Origin: Rhodosorus marinus CCMP1338
Taxonomy: Eukaryota > Plantae > Rhodophyta
Direction: 5' to 3'
Assembly (NCBI GenBank): GCA_029953675.1
Contig: JAMWBK010000001.1
Coordinates: forward strand, 992,001 to 1,056,000
Length of the DNA stretch: 64,000 nucleotides
Each line of letters opens with the position of its first letter. The stretch's first letter is position 1. The position numbers and the translations under genes were made by a program. The notes under the pieces were generated by a model, which was given only the letters and a program-made list of their open reading frames with translations, was not told the origin of the DNA and ran no database searches. This document shows positions 11,706-22,417 of this stretch, in pieces.

Positions 11706-12490
11706 TGTTGGAACTGGTAGTTCTGACAGAGCTATACCCGTGGATGCGCATACACCGTTTATCGTAGCTAGGTACCCCGGGATGAGGGGGTTACACCGAT
11801 CTTTTCATCTAAATAGTGTTCGAAGTAGTGTTGCGCTGCAGTAGGCACCTGCTCAATAAAGGATACAGTTACCTCTTGCTCGAGCAACCCCTCTGGTCGC
11901 AGAGTGGCTAGCATATTATGTACCATACGTTGGTGCTAGATATAGGAGCAGCTGATTCTAATCTAAGTCAATAGCCCTAGACTAGTATGAGGTGCCTAGA
12001 TCACATATGGAGTTCCAACACTCCCCCTCGCCGAATACTTGTCTCGGCTTACCGGCATATCTGCAACTCCCAATCCTCACTTCCTATGCGTAACCTTGTT
12101 TGTCGAGTAATACGGTTGCTCCTCCTTCAGTCGATTGAGGAAAACGTTCCCATCTAGGATGTGCGTACAAAAACCCCATGTTTTTCATATTATGATCTGG
12201 TGATCTCGTCTTCGTGCCACTCATCATCCCGTCGGCTGTGTTGCGATTTCCTCCATGGTTCCGTCTCCTTTCGCGGCTCTCAGCCAGCTTCGAAACTCCC
12301 CTTGCAACTGTCCTTGGATATGATCCAGAATAGAATTCGCAGTGAAGCGGTTGCTACCGTGAGCAAGCCCTCTTGTTTCTCGCTTCTCAGGGTAGTTCGG
12401 CTCTGAATAAACGGATGATGATGTGAGGGGTTTGGTTGGTCGCAGAAGGAGGTGAGAAGCTCGTCTGTACTCAAGAAGCTGGTCCAATTG
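11706..12490 (-). mobile_element. LTR-retrotransposon 3' remnant: 315-bp LTR (11706-12020) preceded by a polypurine tract
   Basis: Perfect 10-bp terminal inverted repeat TGTTGGAACT...AGTTCCAACA. AGGGGGAG lies immediately 5' of the TG on the minus strand (12021-12028). The internal sequence is too decayed to classify and the partner LTR is not in the window. Confidence 0.62.
11755..11874 (+). mobile_element. Family C 3' tip inside the LTR
   Basis: CGCTGCAGTAGGCACCTGCTCAATAAAG matches the family C end (reverse complement near 6117-6144) at 25/28, with weaker similarity extending about 80 bp upstream. Confidence 0.55.
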
Positions 12491-12499
12491 TCATAGAAT

Positions 12500-12726
12500 C
12501 TCAGTTCAATAATGCATTTTAAATGGGGCATTTAATTTATTTTCATCATACGAATGAGCTTCGCTATATTGTATTCTAGTTGTATCCAATCATAAAGCAA
12601 TGGGGCAATTTTTCATGAATATGTGAAATAAATTTATGTAGGGGCATGCTTTTGCGCTAATGGCCACAATAAATTCATTCAATGCCACAGAATGTACTCA
12701 AATCTAGCTATTATTATTGAACTGAG
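12500..12726. mobile_element. Candidate 227-bp MITE
   Basis: Perfect 14-bp TIR CTCAGTTCAATAAT / ATTATTGAACTGAG around an AT-rich interior; no TSD recognised. Confidence 0.45.
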
Positions 12727-13180
12727 GCATGCCTCATCGCCTCATTGCCTCATTCCCCAGTGGTCCACTATAGTACCATTATTATTAGTACAAGTTCATT
12801 CCTCGATTTATTTTTGTTAGTTCATGCAAAAAGTGGGGTTGCCTAACCAAGCTGCTAGGGGTGGTTTGTAAGGCAGGATTGGTGCCCTGCGGGTCGTCGG
12901 TTGCAGACTACTCGCTTCGAGCGTTGGGGTGAGGGGGAGGGAGAGGTCTAAACTTCTAAAAGTGCGAATGCAGAGTGGGACTATGCTAAATGAGAGGCAA
13001 TTTAGAGAAGACTGTTAGAGTAAGTCTCGATATCGTTTACACGTCCTCGATGCTGCGGCTGAGGTGGTGGATATGGGTTGTGAAGAAAGATGGAAGGATG
13101 TGCTTCCAATTCATAACCTTGATGTGGAATCATTCTTTTATTTGTTTTGTGGATGAAGCGGGAAGTTTGCTGAGAGTCTC

Positions 13181-14212
13181 TTAGCATGCCACTCCAGGTA
13201 TCAATGCTGGCTCATTGCTTTCTGCAAGTATGTCCCTCCAGTCCGTTGCAGACATTCTTCTAATGTCAGTACGGAATTCGTATCTTTCACCTGGTACAAT
13301 ATCGGACGGGATGAGCCTTAGCCGGATCCTTACGTTTCTAGCACCTGCTGCTAGATTCCTGGCTCTTTGGCCCTTAACCCATCTTCCGTCAGAGTCAAAA
13401 AGCTTGAGGGTGATCATCACGGGGCCGTCCGGGGCTTCGTAGGATATTTCTCTCGCGATCGTCGTACACGGATTCAGCCTACCCGGGCTCCGGTCACTGA
13501 ACCGCACTGAAAAGCCCCTCGGGTTATTGCTGGATGCTGTAACAACCTTCTCTATTCTGTCGAAGCGTTCCCTTGCGGGAGTATTGGGTGCCCTGATATC
13601 AATTCTTATTATCATCTTTGTACCTTCGACTATGCGTCTGCCCTGCTCAGTGAATCTAGCCCGGATTGTCGTGCTCACATCCCTTCCAGCCGGCACGTAG
13701 TGTCTGGAGCTTCCCAAATAAACTAGATCAAGCTCATCCTTTATAGCTACGACAAGATAAGCATCCCTCGCAGCTGTATACGTAATCTCGAGGTCTGTAA
13801 ACGGTTGCTGCGGCGGTACTGTGTCAAAATCATCCTGAAAGTCGATCCGGTCGTATACCGCAACATGCACTTGAGAGTCCGATGCCGTAATACTTCCTCC
13901 GCCGTCCGTCAACTGATTTACAACCCGATAACTGTTCCCAACAGGTAGTGCAGTGGGGAAATCAATGAAAACGGATTTCGCGCCATGGAAAGCCCCGGAG
14001 ATCTCGAGTACCCCAAAAGCGAGTTGTTGGCCCCTTGAGTCCAGTAGCCTTGAGTAGAGCGTTCTCCTCCCATCCGTCTCAACTTCCAAATGTGACACGT
14101 ACGGGGCGGACGTGCTTATCCACCTAGGGGTTCCTTTCATCCACTTTAGCGAATCTGCAGCAATCCCTAGCACCAGCACTGCGGCGACTAAGGTCTTGTA
14201 CGCCAGCCTCAT
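13181..14212 (-). CDS. Secreted protein, 343 aa, paralog of 8105-9145 (three Ig/CBM-like modules)
   Basis: Signal peptide MRLAYKTLVAAVLVLGIAA; colinear with the paralog (APYVSHLEV, VVAIKDE...YLGS, ISYEAPDGPV, EFRTDIRRMSA..W). Confidence 0.88.
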   Translation of the reverse strand: MRLAYKTLVAAVLVLGIAADSLKWMKGTPRWISTSAPYVSHLEVETDGRRTLYSRLLDSRGQQLAFGVLEISGAFHGAKSVFIDFPTALPVGNSYRVVNQLTDGGGSITASDSQVHVAVYDRIDFQDDFDTVPPQQPFTDLEITYTAARDAYLVVAIKDELDLVYLGSSRHYVPAGRDVSTTIRARFTEQGRRIVEGTKMIIRIDIRAPNTPARERFDRIEKVVTASSNNPRGFSVRFSDRSPGRLNPCTTIAREISYEAPDGPVMITLKLFDSDGRWVKGQRARNLAAGARNVRIRLRLIPSDIVPGERYEFRTDIRRMSATDWRDILAESNEPALIPGVAC

Positions 14213-15732
14213 GGTTGATTAACGGCATGTGCTCCTTCGACAATAGACATCGCTCAGCTGCTGAGCAATGGCTCCGAGAGAAATGACTCCGAGAGTAGAC
14301 CGGTAGATATATAAAGCTTGCAGGGTTCGTCTCAACTGTGACAACGGGAGACATGTCTTTCTAGCCATTATGAGCTGTACAGTTCATTTCCTGATAAGTC
14401 GCTTTCTGGTTTAACCGTGGCGGCGGTTGGACCTAGCACAATCGGGAACTGAAAAATATGACTTCGCATGTCCGCCTCCCTACTTACTTTCTCAGATTGC
14501 ATCGATTTGACGCGTAAGCGCAATGCGAATTCCCACCGATAGCCTCAGACGCAAAAGGCCGTCGAACGACTTGCAGCTCAGAATGGTCAAATCGAAACAA
14601 TTCACATTCGCAACTTTTCGGAGAGGACGTCACACCACCTAAACGGAACGTGACCTGTGCATAGGTTCTGCCAATTCCGTTGAATCCCCACAGCGGTCTT
14701 TCGGCTGCCCTCCATGCTGTGGGAGGCTAAATCGAAACAATCCTTACTTGCTATTTTCCACGGAGAAGCCGTCAGACAACCTAAAAAGCGAAGCGGGGGG
14801 AACCGCGAATAGAACCCCTTGTATTAGCGCTGTCCATGTGACAATTCAAAGCAGCAGCTGTTTATACGAAGAACTTGGTCAAACGGGGCTTCAACCCACA
14901 TTTTATCATGACCAATTGAAACCTCCTTCCCGTGCGACACCCTCACTTTGTCGGGCCACCTCATGTGGCCACCTCTTGTGTTCCGATTGCGCAATGGCGA
15001 ACGCGCTAAAGTGTCATAAAAGATCTATTTCCTGTTTTCTTCTTATTATTTTTTGTTTTAGTTTATTTTCAATTCTAATCTGCCATAAATTGCTGGCAAA
15101 ATTTTTGGTTTGCCACCAAACGCCCTTTATTTAAGTCACTCATTGAATGACTCATCTGATGATTGGACTTTGTAGTCGAATCATTAAAGACGGCTTGATC
15201 CGCGAAAGCAGGCACAGTGGTTTTAACCTAATTGCAGGTTCCAGCAGGTATCCAACAGAAAGCTGCCCACTACGCTTAGTTGAAAAGGGCGGTACGTTGC
15301 CGTTTCATGAATCGTTCAGTCAATCATGCCTGCGTCTTTTTAGTGAAACACCGGGAATATGCCATACTGAGGAAAAGAACCCCCGCAAGGAAAGTTCAAT
15401 GCCTTTGTTTTGGATCTTTGTGAGCGCTGTTACGTTTCTGACTCAGCTAATGCTATTCTCAATGGCACTAAGATCCTGTTGACGAAGCCCTTGCTCTATG
15501 ATGAAGCAGCCGTATGTTGAGCTGAATTTCCTGTGTAGACATTGGATTCTCGCAGCTTTCCGTTCATGCCTGATCTGGCTGGTTTGTGTTCTAGCAATCC
15601 TTCCAATGGATTTGTGATATCATTATACGAAGGTGTACGTTTGGAGGAAAATTTTCAATGATGCCCCTTCGCTCAGCTTCACTAGAAAGTCAGATTTTTG
15701 TTTATACTACAAAAGTAAGATAACAGCGGACA

Positions 15733-17364
15733 CTAGGAAGCGACTAGTTTCGGGAATGCGAAAAGCCCCGGAATCACTCTCTCGGACCACCCAGAGCCCT
15801 CGGGAAACATTGCAATTCGCAGTTGGAGCTCCTCACCGCTTTCGAAGACACCTTCAGGAACCTGCACAGGAACTACCAAACCTGTTCTTCCCTGCTCAAC
15901 AGAGTAGGTCTTTGTGCTAAGAATCTTCTTGGATTCCAGGACCTGAAGTCTCGCCTGTACTACGCGGCCAGACTCCACGGATATAACATTCACCCCGATC
16001 TCGTTGAGTCCATCTTTCACGTCCAGCACTTCATCCACAAAACCCAAGAAGTCTTCAAACATAGGCGTGGGTGTGGGCACATACGTAGTTTCGCACCCGT
16101 CTGCTTCTTCGATCGAATAGACGTGCACTACCCCACTGTCGACCGCAGATACTTGATTCTCCTTCGGCGCTCCAATGACAAGGTAGTCCTCCGTGACGTC
16201 GAGCATTTTCCCAAAGTTGTCGTTTTCCTGTCCCATCGGGTTCACTACAGTGTTGGAGAGTTTGAATATACCGTCCACGTCCTTAGCATAGATGTAAACT
16301 GCGCCTGCGCCGGATGCAGTCTCTGGAGACGTCCAGGCACCAATGAAAATGAAGTTGCCCTTCGCCACCAGTCGTTGCCCAAAACGGAGATTTCCTCTCC
16401 GAGGAGGGTCCAAATGTTGCTTAAACTCCCATTGGTTTCCACTTCTCTGATACAATTGAGCTCCTCCAGTGTTTTCACCTGCCTCAGAGTCCCTGCGCTC
16501 TCCAGCGACAACGATATAGGATCCATCCGAGGATATCGCGAGACCTTCTCCAAAGTGAGCATTCACATCCGCAGGAACTCCATTGCTAGCATCGACACGG
16601 AATTCCTGTACTTCTACCCATTCTCCCTCGATCCTGTGGAAAACGTACGCTGCTCCCTCTCCGTCGTAAGCCCGCGGAGCCCCAGCGAGCAGCACATCGC
16701 CATTCAGTCGAAGTTCATCGGCCCAATGGATTCTCGGTACTACCCCGCGCAGCTGTTGGACGAGCTCAAATGGAGAGCTCTGATCAGCCCTCTCGTACAC
16801 GTATATTTTCCCGGCCCGAGCGATGTTGTCGACCTCGTTCTTCGTGAACCTGGCACCCACAACTAGCCGATTCCCCTCGATGGCGACAGAATATCCGTAG
16901 AAGCCGGACCTTTGTGAATCCCATGGAACAAGCCTCTGCGTTAGTTGAAACAATCCGTTCAGCCCTTTCTGCCACACGTACACAGCTCCGGACCTATATT
17001 CTCCTAGCGGCTCCTCGTATGGGGCTCCACCCACAATCGTGTCGTCCCATATATCAATGTTCAGTCCCAAGTACGCGAGGGACATTGGGTGGCTTGCCAC
17101 AAGTTCCTGTAGGGGTTCGAAGAGTCCACTCTGTGAGCTCTTCTCGAAGACGTAGATTTTGCCCCTCCAATTGTTGTTCCCATAGGCTCCCGCGATGATG
17201 ACATCACCATAGATCCGCGTGTAGTGACCCATGTTGTCATGCGCAGGGTCTTCCGAGAACGGAAGCAGTTCCTGGAGCTTTGAGACATTCAGGGTCTGTA
17301 GAAACTCTCCATGCACCGAGTAGAGTGATACCACTAAAAGCGCAACGCAGACTGTTTTGTACAT
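15733..17364 (-). CDS. Secreted FG-GAP 7-bladed beta-propeller protein with a PT linker and C-terminal Ig/CBM-like module (543 aa)
   Basis: Signal peptide; seven repeats of the type FG.xvai.gd.lvvGAp....G.vYv[FY]; linker TYVPTPTP; C-terminal ..LRIAMFPEGSGWSER resembles the modules of 8105-9145. Confidence 0.92.
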   Translation of the reverse strand: MYKTVCVALLVVSLYSVHGEFLQTLNVSKLQELLPFSEDPAHDNMGHYTRIYGDVIIAGAYGNNNWRGKIYVFEKSSQSGLFEPLQELVASHPMSLAYLGLNIDIWDDTIVGGAPYEEPLGEYRSGAVYVWQKGLNGLFQLTQRLVPWDSQRSGFYGYSVAIEGNRLVVGARFTKNEVDNIARAGKIYVYERADQSSPFELVQQLRGVVPRIHWADELRLNGDVLLAGAPRAYDGEGAAYVFHRIEGEWVEVQEFRVDASNGVPADVNAHFGEGLAISSDGSYIVVAGERRDSEAGENTGGAQLYQRSGNQWEFKQHLDPPRRGNLRFGQRLVAKGNFIFIGAWTSPETASGAGAVYIYAKDVDGIFKLSNTVVNPMGQENDNFGKMLDVTEDYLVIGAPKENQVSAVDSGVVHVYSIEEADGCETTYVPTPTPMFEDFLGFVDEVLDVKDGLNEIGVNVISVESGRVVQARLQVLESKKILSTKTYSVEQGRTGLVVPVQVPEGVFESGEELQLRIAMFPEGSGWSERVIPGLFAFPKLVAS

Positions 17365-18562
17365 GTTGGTAGCACCTAACGTGTTATACCAGTCTCCGCT
17401 TCTTTCGAGTCGCGAACTGTCCTTCTCTTTACCTCTCTCTTTCCAAGAGGAGCTTCAGATCTCTGGATCCAGAATTTATGGTCTGCGAAAATCCAAAGCT
17501 GGCGTTGATCCCATGGTTCTCCCGATATTAGGCCGAGGTGTCTTCATGCATTCTTGTGGATTGGGGCGATGCCAATCGCTAATGCATTGGCCTATCCTGC
17601 TGACAGGTTTGGCACGGCGGCAAAGCTAACGCGTACAATTCTGATAACCCGGTTGAGGCTACTAGGAATTTTCGAATTGAAGCGCGCTTAAGCCAGCGGA
17701 TATACTAGGTTGGTAAGAAACGTCATAAAATCCCGTTCTGTTCTGATAAAAGAACGGGGCGGGGCTGAGCACCGATGGGTGGTTGTTGCACATTGGCACT
17801 GAATGCGGGAATTGAATTCTAACTATAGCGCATAAAACAAAACAAAAGCAAGAAGAAGGTCCAACGGAAACGAGTGAAACGATGCTTAGCATCGTTTAGA
17901 GGACTGTTTTATACCACGGAGGCGAAGACGCCACAATCGTCAGCGGTGCTTAGAATCCTTGATTTCAGCACGTTCCAAAAATAGTTGTAAATTAATCCCT
18001 GCGCACGGAAGAGCTGACACTTACCATTTGTTTTCAGCAACGGAATAGTTATCAGCAAAAAAAAATAAAAAAATTCGAGTGAATTAGACTAGCACGGGAC
18101 TTCCATCGTTTATACACAGAGAAAAAAAGAATAGATTAATGTATTGATCGAAAAAACGGTCGTTGGATCGACTCTATGTGTTTGCTTGGCCGCCCTGATC
18201 GACCGAAAAATGATTGGGTACAAGGAAGATGGATTGGGGCGGATGCGAAGACGTGGTCTTCCTATCACCAGACTATACACACTCAACATGCGAAGAGAGA
18301 GCTCGTTCTGCTCAAGCGCTTGGCCTTGCACTTGCTGCTCCTCTTTTCTCCCTATGTGTGTGGGGCTGCCGTGGGGTCTGATACACAAGAAAGGCTCTTT
18401 TTTCAGCTTCTATTTCCAGCAGCAGTGGTAAAACGACATAGCCGGAATTTCTCCACCTTCGCTCCTCGCTGGGAACTTCTTGGCAAGTTTTTGAAATTGA
18501 AATGGTTCAAAAATAATTTGTAATAAGCATAATTAGGCTGATCTTTTTCCTGTGTAAACTGG

Positions 18563-19867
18563 TTAGCTCTGTCTAAGGTATTCTCGTAACCCATAACTCG
18601 CGCGTTCCGCTATCGCATAGACGTGCACCGCACCACTTTCCGCTGCTTGTACTTGATTTTCCTTCGGAGCTCCAATCACCAAATATTCCGCGTTGACGTC
18701 CACCATTTTCCCGAAGTTATCGTTTTCTTGTCCCGTCGGATTCAATATGGTATCATAGAGTTGGAAGATACCGTCCGTATCCTTGATGTACGCGTAAACC
18801 GCGCCTGCTCCTGGAGCAATCTCCGGAGAAGTCCAAGCGCTAATGAAAATAAAGTTGCCCATCGCAACGAGGCGTTGTCCAAACCGAAGATCTCCTCCTC
18901 GCGGAGGACTTAAATGCTGCTTGAACTCCCAACTACTTCCGTTCCTTTCATACAACTGGGCTGCCCCGGTGTTTTCACCCATCTCAGAGCTCCTGCGCTC
19001 CCCCCCAACCACCATGTACGATCCGTCCGACGATATTGCGTTGCCTTCCCCGAGGTGAGCATCCCCATTAACAGGAATCCCATTGCTCGTGTCGACACGT
19101 AGCTCCTGTACCTCGACCCATTCTCCGTCGATTCTGTGGAAAATATAACCTGCACCTTCTCCGCCATACGCCCGAGGAGCACCGCAAAGCAGCACATCAC
19201 CATGTAGGCGGAGTTCATCTGCCCAATGAGCTCGACTCATTGTTCCACGAAGCTGCTGCACTAGCAAAAAAGGAGAGTTTCGATCCATCCGCTCGTAAAC
19301 GTATATTTTCCCGGCCTCGCCAATTCTGTCCACCTCATTTCTCGTGAACCGCGCTCCGATTACAAGCCGGTCGCCTTCGATGGCTACTGAATATCCGTAA
19401 TAGCCTCTCCTCTGTGAATCCCATGGGATTAGCCTCTGTGTTTGATGAAAACGTCCGTCCAGCCCCTTTTGCCAAACGTAAACCACGCCAGACCTGTACT
19501 CTCCCTGTGGCTCCTCGTATGGAGCTCCGCCAACTATTGTGTCCTCCCATATGTCAATGTTTAGACCCAGATATGCGAGAGTCATTGGGTGGCTCGCCAC
19601 CAGTTCCTGCAGGGGTTCAAAGAGCCCAGTTCCTGAGTTCTTTTCGAAGACGTAAATTTTTCCTCTCCAATTCCTGTTTCCGTAGGCGCCTGCGATTATG
19701 ACATCTCCAAAAACCTTGGTATAGTGACCCATGTTGTCACGCGCCGAATCTTGAGAGAATGGAAGCAGGGTCTGCAGTTTTACAAATTCTGGATTCTCCA
19801 GGAATCCACCGAATACTGGGCGAAGTTGTACCAGCAGTATCGCGAGGCAAATCGTAGCCGTATGCAT
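18563..19867 (-). CDS. Secreted FG-GAP beta-propeller, close paralog of 15733-17364 lacking the C-terminal module (434 aa)
   Basis: Signal peptide MHTATICLAILLVQL; long identical stretches with the paralog (PLQELVASHPM, YLGLNIDIW, HWADELRL); ends shortly after blade 7. Confidence 0.92.
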   Translation of the reverse strand: MHTATICLAILLVQLRPVFGGFLENPEFVKLQTLLPFSQDSARDNMGHYTKVFGDVIIAGAYGNRNWRGKIYVFEKNSGTGLFEPLQELVASHPMTLAYLGLNIDIWEDTIVGGAPYEEPQGEYRSGVVYVWQKGLDGRFHQTQRLIPWDSQRRGYYGYSVAIEGDRLVIGARFTRNEVDRIGEAGKIYVYERMDRNSPFLLVQQLRGTMSRAHWADELRLHGDVLLCGAPRAYGGEGAGYIFHRIDGEWVEVQELRVDTSNGIPVNGDAHLGEGNAISSDGSYMVVGGERRSSEMGENTGAAQLYERNGSSWEFKQHLSPPRGGDLRFGQRLVAMGNFIFISAWTSPEIAPGAGAVYAYIKDTDGIFQLYDTILNPTGQENDNFGKMVDVNAEYLVIGAPKENQVQAAESGAVHVYAIAERASYGLREYLRQS

Positions 19868-20361
19868 CTTCCTGGTTGCTTAGTTTAGATCTATTCACGC
19901 TCCGTAAAAATCGTTAAGACCTTCCTTCCAGTAGTTGCATAGAGTTTGTGCGCCCCTTCTTGCCCCTCCACAAGCAGTAGCTCTCGCATGAGGTTTGAAG
20001 AGCAAGATTTCGTCTTCCTCACCTGGCTTACGTTCTTATGTTGCATCAGATTATTCAAACAGGGAAGCTCCTGAAGTCGCAATGCTTTCTTCGAAACTGT
20101 TTTGAACGTGTACAGACATCTTTCCCGAACATGAAACCACAAGCAGCAGAGATTAGAGTAGCAAGCGAGAAATTGAGCCAACGCAACGTGTTAGAGGAAG
20201 TATCTCGTCCTGATACGAAAAGCTATTAGGAAATTTCTGAGTGACAGTATTCAAGAATTGCGTCTGATCGTAAGGCATCAGAATCCATTCCAGCCCGGCA
20301 GCCGATCAGATTGCCATTCGACGCGCAAAGTCCGAACACACTCCTAAACTGAGAATCAAAA

Positions 20362-20453
20362 CAACCGATAATGACTGACCCGTTTCCAGCGGCGCAGCTG
20401 AGAACCAGACCCAACCGATAATGACTGACCCGTTCCCAGCGGTGTTGCTGAGA
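20362..20453. repeat. Two-copy tandem repeat, 50-bp period
   Basis: CAACCGATAATGACTGACCCGTT(T/C)CCAGCGG at 20362 and 20412. Confidence 0.9.
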
Positions 20454-21085
20454 GGCATTCGAAGGATTTTCATGATGGTAGAACGCCTGAAACTTCTAGT
20501 TGAAACAGGATGCGGATTTGTCGAGACACGGTCATTTAACCAAACGTTGCGGTAGTACGCTGGTCAATCGAGGCAGCCAGGATTGCCGTTTGTTTGAGGG
20601 AGGCTTGTGTGTTCATTTCGCATCAGCAGGCAGGGAATAATACCGCTCTCAGAGACAAGAGGTGTTCACTTGAGAACGGCGTTGAAAATGGCCAGTAGGC
20701 TTGGACTGCGTGATGCTGAGGTGGTGGTTCGCGGGGCTTGCTGAGGCCACGAATTTGAGGGTAAAAGTCAAACGATTATGATAGTCAATTCGCTCGACTT
20801 TCTTTCGGATGAAAAGAAGATGGTTGTGAGAGCGTACGCAGACGCCTCTTGTTTTTCTGGCGGGCTGCCTAAAAGCAAGAAGAGGCCCACGCTAGTTCTG
20901 ACGTAGGTGGGGGTCGTCGTGTGCTCGAGCACGTTCTACTGCACTCTAGCCGATCGGACAAAGGCTGAAAATCTTTCCAATACCCAGGTTGCACGAAGAT
21001 AAGATCAAGAACAATGTTGCCCGAGGCGTTTTCTACCTTAAGTGGTATTTGAAATTTTATCAAAGCCGGCTACACTGCGCTACAG

Positions 21086-22417
21086 CTATCTCAAGTTTGG
21101 GCATCCATTGGGACCGGGGCAAACTATCTCATAGTCGTAGGAAATCAACATTCCTTGGTTACCTTCAGGGTCTGAATCAGGGTTTGCGTCACAGTGTGGG
21201 CATCCAACGTTGATATGCGTGCTGGTCAGGTCCACCATCTTTCCGTACTGGTCATCAAAGTGGGGCCTCCCAAGACCCTGAGCCCTTCGCTGCTTGAACC
21301 TGCCATCGGGGCATTTGTGGAAGAAGTAGTACCTTCCGGCTTCCTTCACTTTACCATTGGTATCTTTCCACGCACCCGTAACGATAGCATTATCAATCAT
21401 CTTAATTCTCTGGCCGAATTTAGCATTGAAAGCACCTGTCGCGGGGTAAAGTGGCTGGTAGAACTTGTAAGTGCCGCCTGGTTGTCTCTTCCACATATAT
21501 GCGGCGCCAGTCCTTCCGTTTCGGGACCATGCAGTTTCACCACCCATGACGATCCAAAGCAGATCTTCACGAATGGCAAGACCCTCTCCAAGATGTGCTT
21601 GAACCTTGTTCTCAACACCAGGAGGGATCTGTGGGAAAAGCACCTGGATCTCCCTGTACTTCCCATCCCTGCCCTTCCTGAAGACAAACGCTTTGCCACG
21701 TCCTTCATAGCGCGGAGCTCCGACAAGTAAAATACCTGACTGCTCCCTTATTTCATCAGAGAATTGACCCCCGTCACCGTAGTAAATATCAGTTACTCTG
21801 AACTTGCCGTTGAGCTTATTCCAAAAGTACAAAGCTCCCGCAAGCTGTTTGTTCGTCATAGGATTGGTCATACGCCTGGATCCAATAATCAGCTCATTCG
21901 GGCTAACAACAGCCATAGAGTAGCCGAAGTATGCACTTCTCACGAGAAAGTCCGGAACCAGCTTGCCCCTCTGCTCGTACATGCGGGTCTCGGGGTTCCT
22001 TCGGAATAGATATGCCGCACCTGATCGAGGCCCAAATGTAGGCCAGAACGGACACCCGACAAGAAGAAACTGGCCACGAGAGTCGAAGCTGAGCCCGAAG
22101 TAGGACAGAGTTCTGGGATCTTTCGGAAGCAAGGTTTGTCTGTGTGCGACTGCGCCGCTCTGGAACCTCTGGTAGACTTCCACAGCTCCTGTCCAGTTTC
22201 TTCGTCCAAATTCGCCACCAAAAAGAAAGTTTCCATCTTCGAGGACTCTTTGGCCGAGAAATGATCTCCTCAGCCTCGGACTCGGAGCGATAATGTTCCT
22301 CTGCTTCGATATTACGGGATACGGGCAGTTCTTGAACTTGTCGCCTGGCGGAGGCTGTGCAGAGACGACGATCGCCAGGAACAGAAGCACGACCACAGAC
22401 AAAGTCTTTCCTTCCAT
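21086..22417 (-). CDS. Secreted FG-GAP beta-propeller, divergent basic paralog (start MEGKTLSVVVLL at 22417)
   Basis: Signal peptide; repeats YFGLSFD..LLVGCP..SGAAYLF, YFGYSMA, LGEGLAI, FGQRIKM, YGKMVDL; intronless. Confidence 0.9.
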   Translation of the reverse strand: MEGKTLSVVVLLFLAIVVSAQPPPGDKFKNCPYPVISKQRNIIAPSPRLRRSFLGQRVLEDGNFLFGGEFGRRNWTGAVEVYQRFQSGAVAHRQTLLPKDPRTLSYFGLSFDSRGQFLLVGCPFWPTFGPRSGAAYLFRRNPETRMYEQRGKLVPDFLVRSAYFGYSMAVVSPNELIIGSRRMTNPMTNKQLAGALYFWNKLNGKFRVTDIYYGDGGQFSDEIREQSGILLVGAPRYEGRGKAFVFRKGRDGKYREIQVLFPQIPPGVENKVQAHLGEGLAIREDLLWIVMGGETAWSRNGRTGAAYMWKRQPGGTYKFYQPLYPATGAFNAKFGQRIKMIDNAIVTGAWKDTNGKVKEAGRYYFFHKCPDGRFKQRRAQGLGRPHFDDQYGKMVDLTSTHINVGCPHCDANPDSDPEGNQGMLISYDYEIVCPGPNGCPNLR

